DNA of 64,000 bases from Lepidodermella squamata (taxonomy: Eukaryota > Animalia > Gastrotricha), in NCBI GenBank assembly GCA_047495785.1, contig JBLDXI010000015.1, forward strand, positions 186,001-250,000, written 5' to 3'. How positions within the stretch are numbered: the stretch's first letter is position 1; every line of letters starts with the position of its first letter. The translations under genes were made by a program, and so were the position numbers. Below the pieces are notes generated by a model, which was not told the DNA's origin, ran no database searches, and was given only the letters and a program-made list of their open reading frames with translations. Below are positions 11,708 to 23,522 of the stretch, one piece after another.

Positions 11708-14505
11708 TACGCGGCGATTCGCAGTTCTATTCAGCCCTCTGCCGCGACTTCATCATGGCATTCACTGACAAGCGATCTGAAACACGACCGACAATCGATC
11801 ACATATTCCGATTCGGCGAGCCAAGCAACGAGGAAGCCATTAAGGTAATATAATTTAATTCAATTGTACCATATAACCAAGCTATTATAATTGAATTGAG
11901 GCTGTAACATGTCACTTTGACTTTATCCGCAGTAATTAAAATAGTATTATGTTGACAATTATTGATATCCTGCTCCAAGTCAAGCCTCTACCTCTGAGCT
12001 TATTTCCCGAGTCCTATGTTTATAACAAAAAAATATATTTCCGATTGGCAGATTTTGGAATGGAATTCCGCCTTGGGCATAGCCACCATCGTGGCATCAC
12101 ACCGGTCGTGCGCAATTGTCACGTTGAAAGCCCGATTCCGGTCATGGGTTATAGACTCATAGACATAACAGAAGAGTTAGAACCGGCCATGGTAGATTCG
12201 CATCAATGCGCTCTCATACCATAGTTCTCACTGGTGTCAATTCCGCCATGGCTTGCCAAACCATGTCATACGTGAGTGCGCATTGACGCGATTCTACCAT
12301 GGCCGGTTCTAACTCTTCTGTTATGTCAATGAGTCTATAACCCATGACCGGAAAAAACATTTCGCAGATGGAATCGAACCATCGTGCTTCTAGATAGCAT
12401 AGACAACACTGTAACAGATAGGACACCAACGATCTTTCCATAGTGAATTATTCGAGCTGAATTTGCAAAGAGTGCGGCACGCGACCACTTTTTATGCCAC
12501 CCAACGCCCTATCCGCCCATTATATTTTTAATTAATTTCAAAAATTAAAAACTCCACGTGGACCTTTTTCGAAAATTTTGATTTTCTGCTCATAAATACT
12601 AGAAGCGGCCTTCTATCTAATGATACCAGGTACACCTGGTGGTCCCTTATGGATAATTTTCTAAAATTCGCCAAAATGGGTTATATTTGGTGATTTTGGG
12701 CAAAATTGCCACTCTTCTGCCACGGTTGGCTCTTTCGGAAAAATTTTGAAAATTTTGAAAAAATTAGTTTATCCATATTGAGAAATTTCTCTATCCGATG
12801 ATATACAATTTGTCGGGTAAATAATTTATTTCGATTTTCCGATTTTTTCTTAGCTGGAAAAAGCATTATTTGCCAACATATTTCTGAATAAAAGAACGCT
12901 GTGAGGGAATTCAAAGTCCAATATGCACGGCCTGAAAAAATCGGAAAATCGAAATAAATGATTTACCCGACAAATTTTATATCATCGGATAGAGAAATTT
13001 CTCAATATGGATAAACTAATTTTTTCAAAATTTTCAAAATTTTTCCGAAAGAGCCAACCGTGGCAGAAGAGTGGCAATTTTGCCCAAATTGTTGTAAACC
13101 ATTTTTTTGTTGGTTGTTGTCGGGTTGGTAAACCACCAACCCGACCCCACGACCACACCCTGCAAAAAATAGTTGAACTTTGACACAGCAAATCGAGCCT
13201 AAAATGATATAAAATATTTTTGCGTTTTGTTTGCAGGAATTGGTGAGATGCGCTCTTGAAAATGATGCAACGGGAATGTCCAAACTGCTGATGCGCCGCA
13301 ACCAATTGGGCCTGGATACTAATGGAAAATATTGGGAAGGGGAATACAGTTGGGAAAGCAATGCAACCGCACTTCATGCTGCAGCATCCAAAGGCCATGT
13401 TGGAATTGTTGAACTGCTGGCGGGAGAATTCCAAGCCGATGTGGAGGCCGATAAGGATGGCAAGACGGCAATGCACTACGCCGCCTCGAATGGCTATGCT
13501 GACGTCGTGAAACTGCTGGCGGGCACGTTCAACGCCAGAGTTAACGCAGCAGATAGGAGCGGCTCCACGCCATTGCACATGGCCTCCGAGAGTGGCTATG
13601 TTGACGTGGTGGAACTGCTGGCGGGCACGCTCAATGCGGACGTCAACGCGGAAAATAAGTATGGCTACACGCCATTGCACTTGGCCGCCTGCAATGGAAA
13701 AGCTGACGTGGTGGAACTGCTGGCGGGCACGTTCAATGCCGATGTCAACACGGCGAATGTGGAAGGCATAACGCCGTTAAACAGTGCCGCCGCGAATGGC
13801 AAAGCTGACGTCGTGGAATTGCTGGCGGGCAAGTTCAATGCTGATGTTCACGCGGCGGATGAGGAAGGCATGACGCCGTTACACAGTGCCGCTATGCTTG
13901 GCGAAGCTGAAGTCGTGGAACTGCTGGCGGGCACGTTCAATGCCGATGTCAACACGGCGAATGTGGAAGGTGACACGCCATTGCACTCGGTCGCCTATTG
14001 GGGCAATGCTGCCATCGTGCAACTGCTGGCGGGCAAGTTTAAAGCCAATGTTAACGCGGCTGATGAGAATGGCAGCACGCCATTGCACGATGCCGCCTCG
14101 AAAGGCAAACATGACGTCGTGAAACTGCTGGCGGAAAAGTTCAAAGCCAATGTTAACGCGGCAACTAAGAGTGGCAAGACGCCATTGCACTTGGCCGCCT
14201 TAAATGGCAAAGCTGACATCGTGGAACTGCTAGCGAGCGAAGCCGACGTCAACGCGGCAGATAATGAATGTTATTCGCCACTGATGAGAGCTGCCTATTG
14301 TACACAACCTGAAGTTGTTGATCTTCTTGTCAATAAATTCAAAGCCAATGTGAACCTGAAGAACAAGAATGGACAAACTGCACTGGATTTGGCTGAAAAC
14401 CCTAGTTGTGAATCTGATAAGAATTCTGATAAACAACGGCAAATTGTCCGAATCCTTTCAGGAGTTCTTGCTATTCATGAAAACCGCAAACGAAAACTTT
14501 GCTGA
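11708..14505 (+). CDS. Ankyrin-repeat protein, paralogue 1 (~11 ANK repeats), preceded only by a remnant of the kinase C-terminal exon
   Basis: Exon 11708-11844 (FYSALCRDFIMAFTDKRSETRPTIDHIF...NEEAIK, donor gtaata) splices in phase 0 to exon 13237-14505 (acceptor ttgcag, ELVRCALEND...). It has 34-aa TPLHxAA repeats and an in-frame ATG at 11755. Confidence 0.8.
12136..12353. mobile_element. Small fold-back MITE with ~85-bp inverted arms
   Basis: ttccggtcatgggttatagactcatagacataacagaagagttagaaccggccatggtag... is mirrored at 12268-12353. Confidence 0.8.
12695..13088. repeat. Near-perfect ~155-bp inverted repeat (fold-back element) in the intron of ANK paralogue 1
   Basis: 12695-12848 is the reverse complement of 12935-13088. 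Confidence 0.88.
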
Positions 14506-17315
14506 GTAGCAAGGCACATCGACAGACACAAATTAACCATAACTCAACGCGATTCAATTACTTCATCTCACTATACTGTTATGATCAATTAGTATTGCGA
14601 ATCGATTCATATGCTTGATCCACTCAGGCTGGCATACCTATGACTATAAAAACCGAACAAGAAAATAAAATAATCAAGGTGTTATTGTGTTGTTTATCAC
14701 TGTGAAAATATTACGCTTGTGATCGAAGAGTGCACAATTAAGGAGTGGCTTTTACCTTCTAGACTCGGTGTGCTTGAGCAATTGCCTGCCTGTGACAATA
14801 CAAGCCATTATGCTGATCTGAGAAACGCGTGACCTTCCGACCTACTTGCCATGGGCATGTCCCCAATCAACCAAAGGCTATGCCCAGCTAAGTAGGTATC
14901 TTATTCGGTAGCCATCAGCTGTACAACTTTGACTCACTTGGAACTGCGAGGCATTATGATCGAACAGCTGTATTTTGATTTTTACGTGACGATAGGGGCA
15001 GAGTGTACAGTCTCGAAGATATCGTCGTCCCCGAGAAAAAAGTGCTGAAAAGGTCTGAAATACCAGGTTCAAAGATCAATGAAATCATGAGTTGGAAAAG
15101 GCGTGAAAGAAAGAGCATTTAAAGAGCAGCTTACTTTCTGTGAATCCGAGAACCGCAACTGAAATCAATCAAGTTTCACACAGATCGATTTTACGCCGAG
15201 GGGAACATAAGTATTCGACTTGAATCAATTTGACCTTGACTATTTCTGACAGAGATGGATTGCCATTTTTTTACAGGAAGTAATTATACGCATGGCAGGG
15301 AGAGGGAATTTCCAGTGCATATACGGCATCTTAATCGCAGATGAGAATTCCCGTGTGCATTATTTGATATTTGGCCTAGAGCGGCTTTTGCTTGTGTCGC
15401 AACATACCTAATACACCTCAAATATTATTTTAAAATGCAGTTACATCTAAATTTCATGCAAATATGTAAAAGCATCAACGCAATCGGCACGTGGCACATG
15501 GCCAACACGTGTTGTACGCAGTACCAGCGCGTTGATACCTGCACGCTGTTTGCAAGTCGCGGATGGCTGAAAGTTGTCGCAGAATGCCTAATACGCAAAA
15601 GCAACAACGCAGGCAGTTTACCTATATGAGTCATGTTTTATACACAGACTGCTGACTGACTATGCTCTATTGTAGCTGTTGCGAAGCCGATAGCATGCAG
15701 TCGACACGTAGACTCGCAAACATTTGTTATTTATTTTAGCAGCAACAACACCGCACGTCGGCTAATTCCGCATCGGATTTGAACTTGTTCGGTATAATAT
15801 ACTACATACCAGTAGGTATTCTATAGCCGCAATTTAAACTCCAGATTTTTGTTCAATTGCACTCGAGCGTGATTACTCACACTTTAATAACTCGCTTTTC
15901 GGGAAAATTCTTGTTTGCAACATTCGTAGATGCAACACAGCCAGATGTTGCATAAAATCTTTTCCTATCCTATCATCATTATTTCCTCATCATAAAATCC
16001 TATCATTTCTTTACAGTCAATTCTTCAGCACTGATCTCTCTCCTCTTTTGAACACTACAGTAGCGCAGAAAGATTTTGGGCAGGGTAACTTTGGATACTT
16101 TGCGGGTGAACAGCTTTGCGACGCCGAGAAGGACAAGAACACCGGGTTTTATGCATAAACTTGCCCGTGTTTTGTGCTTTCAAATGCCGCAAATCCCAAA
16201 TTGATTAGAGCAATACTTGATTTTTAAGAAATATTTTCTTTTTTTGGGGATGATGGTTTAGGGTCGCCTCAATTTTCTTAACAAAATCGATCATTTAGGG
16301 ACGAAAATTGGTGTGGGTATCCTAAGAGCGTTGCTCTCTCACCCCTCACTTATCGATAGAAATGGAAATGCGACGATTTGCCTGAAGTTCTGGTAAAAAT
16401 TGGCCAATTTCAGACTGTATGTAAATGCGGCTGATGCGGCTGAGCGAAAGTGAATTGTTCTCATTTTTTCTTCGGAAAACTGATGAATTTTTTCGAAATT
16501 TGACCCAAAGTTCAGTATTAAATCCTGAAAACTCACAAGGCCATTCGGCAATCAAGTGAGCGCCCAGAATTGCCCATTTAATTTTTCACTTTAGTCTTCA
16601 ATTGTTTCCATCGCCATCGCCAAAAATCAGGCAGAAGTTGTATGATGAAATTTGTAAATTTCGTTAGAGAATTTCAGCAGCAAAGCGTGAGCATTTAATT
16701 TGGCAACAATTTCCATCAAAATGCTAAAAGCGCACTAGAATTCGAATTAAAAAAAAAAAGATGAATCATCACAGCGTTCGAAAATCAATTTTTCACCCTG
16801 TGGAAAAATCCGATTAATTTCTTCTCAATTATAATGCCTAGAAATTTCTACGTCTTCATCTCACCTGAGCTTAAGGCTCTCACAAACAACACCTCGCAAA
16901 AACTTGGAATTTTTCTCGAGACTATTTCGATGTTGATCTTCTTTAATACCTCGCCCTTAATTGGGATCGTTAAATCCGAAGTTTTCATCGGATATCCTAA
17001 TATTAATATAATCTGTAATTGAAAGATTATTACCAGCATGCAGAAGTCCTAACCTATAAGACAATTCAGCTGAAGTGACTTGTGGGAAACGTTTAATCGG
17101 TCCAATATCGGTTTATAGCAGGTATCGGTTTTTAAAGAAATCATGAATCAATCGATCACTTTGGGACAGCGTTTGTAATCGGCAGTCCCATAGCGTTGAT
17201 TTCTCAGTAGGAAAGTAAAGGTCCAACGATTGGTTTTTATTCAATTTTTATTGTTTATTTCTGTAGTGACTATATTTTCAAACAAACCTTCTTGAAACTT
17301 TGAATATTTGGAAAA

Positions 17316-20016
17316 ATGCGTGTGACTCGCATATTCGCAATTTGCCTCGTCGGCGCCACCGTGATGCTAGCGGCATTCGGATCAGCGGCCGCCGAAGACC
17401 ACGCGGCGGTGCTGGTGCGGCAACGCCGCGGCTTCCTGTCGTCGCTGGACTCGTGGTTCTCGCGCAACATCGAGGAGCCGCTCAAGGACAAGGTGATCAA
17501 CCCGGCGCGGGCGTGGATCGCCGACAAGTGGAACGCCAACAAGGACAAGTCGGTGGCGCAAATGTCGGACGAGGCGCGCGACGCCGCCAAGCAGAAAATC
17601 GACGCCATGCTCGCTCAGATCGACGAGGTAAATACGAGTGGAAAAACTGAAAACTTTAAAAATATCTAAAAAATATGGAGAAAAATATTTATATAGAGAG
17701 TTTATGAATAATTATTGGTAGATGATATGAAAATTTAAAATAATCGAAAAATTTAAGAATCAGATATTCGAAGTTGGAATTTCAAAAAGCAAATGCGGTC
17801 CTATCGATTTTCTATTGCGAATGTTCTCGAGATTACAGATATTATTTTTATTTATTTCAAAAAGTGAAATTTCGGGTCCCCCACAGAGTAGCAGGCTTCA
17901 AATAAAGCACAGAGCAACAAATGGTGCAAACACCAGAGTTGCGTTTTTTATGGTGTCCAGAAAGCTATTGTTCGACGTTGTGATCAATTCTTCGAACACC
18001 TCCGCAACAGAGAAATAACAATCAAGTAATTAGGCTGGAGCTGTCCGAGCTCGAGAGGCAAACAGTTAAGACTAATCACCCTCCAACTTGATTAGATTAA
18101 GCCTTGACAAATCGTGACATGATTGTAATTAATTTACGACATAGCGCCATCTGACCCTCGTTAATTTATGACGACGTGGCATACGGTCACTTTGTAGCTA
18201 AACGTCGTGGGAAAGCCTTTTTTATTTCGTCGGCACGATCCGCGAAAATCGAGAGAAATATTGATTTTTGGAAATTTTTCGAAATTTACCGAAAATTCGC
18301 AATTCAATCAACTGTCAAATGACGATTATTTTGAATCCAAACTTATCAAAAAATCCGTAGTTCAATATTTCTGAATTTAAAGTTTAACGATTGCTTTGAA
18401 AAGCATAAGCTAAGCTATGTGTGTCATCTGGTCTTTATTGTCATAATTAGCCCGCGGACACCATAAAAAACGCAACTCAGATTAAATGGCAACAAATCAC
18501 AGAAGCATTAAAGTGAAATAAAAAACGTGTTTACTCGATTTTTTTGAGTGCGCGCGGACACACGTGTTACGCAATGCGTTGCAAGTCATGCTCGTGTGTG
18601 CATGTCTTTAAAATAGCGCATGAACATGATGATTGCTCATTCGTTTTATTTGATTTATTTGATTATTTGATGGCATTTCAAAACTTCATTCAACTGCTTA
18701 CTGCTATTATTTTGATGGCTAAAATCGTCGCCAACCTGAAAATGTTGCTAGCGATGCTCCTCCGGCCAATCTAGGCCGGGGTCGGCCACCGAAGAATGCT
18801 GGCGCAGTTTCAGAGCAACCAATGAAACGTGGCCGCGGTCGCCGCCGTGAAACCCAACGCAGCTGTTACGAGTCTGAAAAAGCGGCGCGCGCAGAATAAG
18901 ACTATGACGTCCGATTGTGAAATTGTGAAAAACTTTGCCATGTAATTTTGTTACATACCTGGATAGCTTGATCGCTTAAATCTCAATCTCAATCTTAAAT
19001 CTCAATAAAATAAATAAAATCGCAAGCAAATAAAAAATGTTTCATCTGGTTGCGCACCTCAAAAAGTGGTCCTAATTGCTTCGCGAAAATCACTACTTGC
19101 ATGCCACCAACATTAAGCAGCTTTGGTTTAACACGCGGTGTTAATCTAATTAATAACGTTTATTTTACTTTGAAGCCTTTTTTAATTTACATGGAAGCCA
19201 TACTGCTTTGAAGCGTTTAATTTGAAGCCTGCTATTAAATTTTCCCTACTTTGTAGGGGACCCGAAATTTCAAAAATTTAAAAATTCAAAAATTTAAAAA
19301 GGTGAAATTTCAAATTTGAAGGTTGTTTTATAACTCAGAACTTTTTTCTAGGGTCCGCCTGTTACCGGTACTGCAATGTGGAGTAAATTTGGAAGAATAT
19401 TCTGTTTTTAGAATATAAATATAAATTGAAAACATTCAACAAATGCGAAAAATTTGATGATTTTTTCAACTGATAATTTCATTGATCTTTGTTCCTAGTG
19501 GCAAATATTACCGATTTTGGATTTCTCTCGATCGCTTTTTCTCATCCTTGGATGAAATTTGAATTCATTTTGAATTTTTGAAATTTAAATTTTTGTAATT
19601 TTCGAATTTTCGAAATTTTTAAAATTTCACTTTTGGATATTTTCATAATTCTCATTTGATAATTTATTAAAAAAAATTTCCAGTACCTCGGCAATGGAAC
19701 TGTCGACAGCGTGAAGACGAAATCGCGCGAGTCGATGGACAAGCTGGTTGCGTTCGGCAACCGCGTCGGCGCCTACCTGAAGAACAGCTCAGCCGAGTCG
19801 ATCGCCCAGGACGCTAAGAACCAACTCGGCAAGCTGGAATCGCTGTTCAGCGATGCGAAAAAGGCGTACGACGACGCGGCAGCCGGGCGGGCGACGTCGA
19901 CCGTGACCGATGAACAGGCGAAAATTCGCAAGGCCGACAGCGTAGCGGCTGATCTTGAGAAGCTGCGCGACAATTTGAAGGAGAGCCAGAAAGTTCTTAT
20001 CGAAGGCCACGCGTAA
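17316..20016 (+). CDS. Secreted prepro-protein, 214 aa: signal peptide, RQRR convertase site, amphipathic helical mature domain
   Basis: Exons 17316-17627 and 19684-20016 (phase 0, gtaaat...ttccag). Hydrophobic N-terminus MRVTRIFAICLVGATVMLAAFGSAAA, then RQRR|GFLSSLDSWF. A paralogue lies at 21637. Confidence 0.82.
17874..19263. mobile_element. Non-autonomous TIR transposon, ~1.39 kb, probable 8-bp TSD GAAATTTC, intronic
   Basis: Termini GGGTCCCC(C/T)ACA(G/A)AGTAG with a shared subterminal TAGCAGGCTTCAAAT. GAAATTTC occurs at 17866-17873 and 19264-19271; it is palindromic, so it could instead extend the TIR. A nested inverted repeat lies at 17935-17958 / 18456-18478. Confidence 0.78.
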
Positions 20017-20380
20017 TAGAAGAAGTAGGCCGAGCGAAATTTCGATACGAATTTAAGCGGTCATAATCGACGATTGACATGATTTTTACACTAGCATTTT
20101 GAACACCTTTTCATTGTTATAGGCTCTGTTTTCACATCATTTTCATTACTGAGTAAATCACTGTTGTAGTAAAAATGAGAACAAAGAGTATAAGGGAAGT
20201 AATTTTGAAATTCGAGCGTTTCATTGGGCCAAATATTCATCTTGAATTTACCAAAGTTTACCAAAAAAATTGGCAAGCTCACATTTTTGAAATTACCTAA
20301 GCATTTCCAGTCAATTTCAGACAAATTGTTGATTGATGAAAAGATAAAAATAAAATACATAGCGATTTTATATCAGAATA

Positions 20381-20862
20381 CCGTAAAATCCGAAATAAGA
20401 GCGCAGGGGCTTATATTTTCAAAGAAACTGAAAACTGGGGGCTTAATACGGGAGAGGAGCAATTGTAGGCTGTGGTCTTATTTATTCAAATTCTCGAAGA
20501 TTCCAATGTTACAATTTAAATTATCAAACATTTAATAAATTTCTTATTCGTTGAGGTCGATGAAAAAAGATAAAACTGAACATTTTTGGCTCTTCTGTTG
20601 TCGGAAAAAGATGCGAGAAATTATTTATCTACTTACGAGTCGATCAATTTTCTCAATCAAGCAGCGATTTGTTGGTATTCCAAATCCCGAAATTGGAACG
20701 CAATTGAACATTATAAGTCATGTGAGGTATGCTAAGTTTTATTTGCACCCCGCGGGACTATTATAGGCCTGGGGGCTTATTCGTCCAGTCGTCGTAAAAA
20801 CTGGGGGCTTAAATCGGAAGAGGTCTCATTATAGACCAGTGGTCTTATTTAGGATTTTACGG
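20381..20862. mobile_element. Tc1/mariner-type MITE with TA TSD
   Basis: TA|CCGTAAAATCC(G/T)AAATAAGA...TCTTATTTAGGATTTTACGG|TA, with internal GGGGCTTA repeats. Confidence 0.82.
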
Positions 20863-20865
20863 TAT

Positions 20866-21345
20866 CTTTCAGCGGAACCAATTTTGACTGTAGCGGAACC
20901 AAATCCGCATGTTGCGGAACCTTATTTACGATAAGAAAAAGGTCGCTTTTCGAATATTTCCAGGAAATTAATGCAATTCATGAATTCTATGGTGAAGTGT
21001 GCGTCTTAAACAGAATTTCACGCTGGATTCAAAGATAATTTATTTTAAAGTATGACGATCAATCATGACATCCTAAAAAGCTTCGAAAATGGGTTTTAGA
21101 CCCATTGAAAATTCCAAAATTTGGTTCCGCCAGAAGGAAGACCCATTTTATATTGCGAATTTTCTCCAGCTAATTTTTTAACTCAAAATAAATTACAATT
21201 GAATTCACCATGAAATATTATATAAGACGCACTCTTCACCATAGAATTCACAAATTGCATTAATTTCCAGGAAATATTCGAAAACTCATTTTTCTTATCT
21301 AAAATTAGGTTCCGCAACAGGCAAATTTTGTTCCACTAAAAATAT
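20866..21345. repeat. Fold-back element with GCGGAACC/GGTTCCGC motifs (related motifs near 25160, 40420, 58340-58400)
   Basis: 20913-21008 is approximately the reverse complement of 21223-21318. Confidence 0.7.
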
Positions 21346-21636
21346 TCCGTTATTGTTATTGATTTTAGGGATAACTTTTAGGTCCCGATTTTCGATAAAA
21401 AATTCGATTTCAAGTCATCGTTTTCAAAAGCGTAAAAATTAGTGAATACAAGTCGTGTTAGAATCATAACTTCCGGCGCCTGATTCCACTCAACAGCGGT
21501 AGACATTGTAAAAAACGATGCAATGCAAGGCGCCTGCAACATCAGCCCAGCTCAGTATTGTAAATATAAAATCCAATTTTTCAAAATTCTTTTATCAATT
21601 TAAATATCATTTCGTATCATTTTTCTTTATTGAAAA

Positions 21637-22459
21637 ATGCGTTCACCAGTCGAGATCTGTGCCATTTTTTGTTTCGCCCTGTTTTTATGTGGCCTAATTA
21701 ATGCGGCCGCTAATGACCGCCCCATCGGCAATGAGCAAGATGAAGATTTTATCGTCGATTTGGACCGTCGAGGCATTTTAGGCGATATAGGCGATTGGTT
21801 CACGAACAACGTGATTGGCGTTGGTTCACGAACCTGTTGAAAATCACGTCATTGACCCGCTGTCGCGTTGGCTCGGCACACCTTGGCGGGAAAATAAGGC
21901 CAAAACTCTGCCGCAAATTGCCAAGGACGCGAAAATCGACGAATTGATTTCGAAACTCGCCAAGGTAATTTTAGAGCACTTCAAAGTTGTGTTTATAGTA
22001 GTAAATAGCTTTCGAAATTCTTCTCTTATTGATTGATTCAAATTTATTTTTTTAATTTGAGAAATGGTTGAATATCGATAGATGAGTCTGAAAAGTTAAA
22101 CTCTAAATTCTCATTTGATTGCTCTAAAAATGTGATTTTTCAGCTATTGGGCCGCTTTGATGTGCAGAAGTTTTACACATCGACATTTTTTGGAAGAAAG
22201 CTGACAGATTTCACGGCGGATATTGAGAAGTACCTCAGTCATAGTCAAGGAAGCAGAAAATCAGCTGCCGAAAATCATTGAATTCATAGACAAGGCTCAG
22301 GAGATCTACGATGCAGCTAGTACGAAGGCCGAATCCTTGGGCCGAGTTTTCTCGTTCAGCCGTGACATGGCCGATCTAGCGGATCGCGCCATGGCTGATC
22401 TGCAACAACTTCACAAGAAATGAATCGATAGCCGCGAAGCTCTGCTATCAAAAGAATGA
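21637..22459 (+). pseudogene. Pseudogene paralogue of the secreted prepro-protein at 17316
   Basis: Signal peptide followed by LDRR|GILGDIGDWFTNNVI-EPVENHVIDP, which aligns with GFLSSLDSWFSRNIEEPLKDKVINP. Same intron position (21965-22143). Lesions: a 13-nt frameshifting insertion at 21817-21829, a second frameshift near 22238, and a premature TGA at 22421-22423. Confidence 0.82.
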
Positions 22460-22605
22460 TACTTTTACTTAGAGGCAGAACATTTAATTTCGAGTTCGGA
22501 ATGCTTTGATTCTATTATTTTATAATTGGTTGGTTGAATTTTGGACTATAAATAAAACTCGGAATGGCACACGCAACGATACTTACAAGATTTAAATCCG
22601 TGTAT

Positions 22606-23000
22606 CACCGTGAATTTGGGTGACTTTCACAGTGGGGTAACATTGACATAATACCAAAATGGGGTGACTTCAGAATATCAAAAATCGAAGGTGGATAGGT
22701 AAAGACCCCATGAGGGGTACCGCTGGATAGCCCAAGAAAAGGCCAGTCTAGATACGTACCATGCGCATCAATGCAACCTATTTCGGGACAAGAAATTAGG
22801 GGTAAGGTTTGGGTAACATTTTCGGTGGAATAAATTAGGATCATATGCCATTTTCGAAGAAACCGTCCTTCAGGCTATCCAGCGGTACACCACTCATGGT
22901 GTCTTCACCTATTCACCTTCGATTTTTGATATGCTTCACCCCATGTAGGTATTATATGTTAATGTTATCCAACTATGAAAAGTCACCCCAATTTACGGTA
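22606..23000. mobile_element. Fold-back MITE with ~125-bp diverged inverted arms (CCGT...ACGG termini)
   Basis: 22607-22732 (…gtaccgctggatagcc) mirrors 22873-22999 (ggctatccagcggtac…). Confidence 0.75.
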
Positions 23001-23522
23001 GGATGCTAATTAATGGTCTGAAGTTGATGCCAACGGAAAGACCGTCAAATAATATTCCACTCGTTTCCTTCTATTCAGTGCATCAGCTCTTTTTTCGTCA
23101 AATAAATGCTGTCATAGGAGCCTCAAGACTACACGCCAACCGTGTACCGGTCTGCGCATACATATTTAGGAAATTTATCTCGAGAAAAGGTGCGACATTC
23201 GTCCACTGTTTGCGTTCAGATAAGAGAAATAATTTCCGAGGAATAAAAGTTTATCAGCAACACCCACTAGGTCGCAATCGGTGTATCACCGGCAGCTAAC
23301 GAGGCGTGGGCTCATGGCGACCAGGTTCAATGGCTGCTGGAAATAGTTCTTTCCTTCTAGCATTTATTGTTATCTCAGCGCCTCGACATTCTTGACCATG
23401 AAAAAGTGACAGATACCAGCCCGCAACACGGCATCTTATCATAAAACAAAGTTAACTTTCACTCTGGCATTTTTGACGTATTAACATAAGTACAATTTTT
23501 GTTACTTTCGAGCAGAGCCAAA

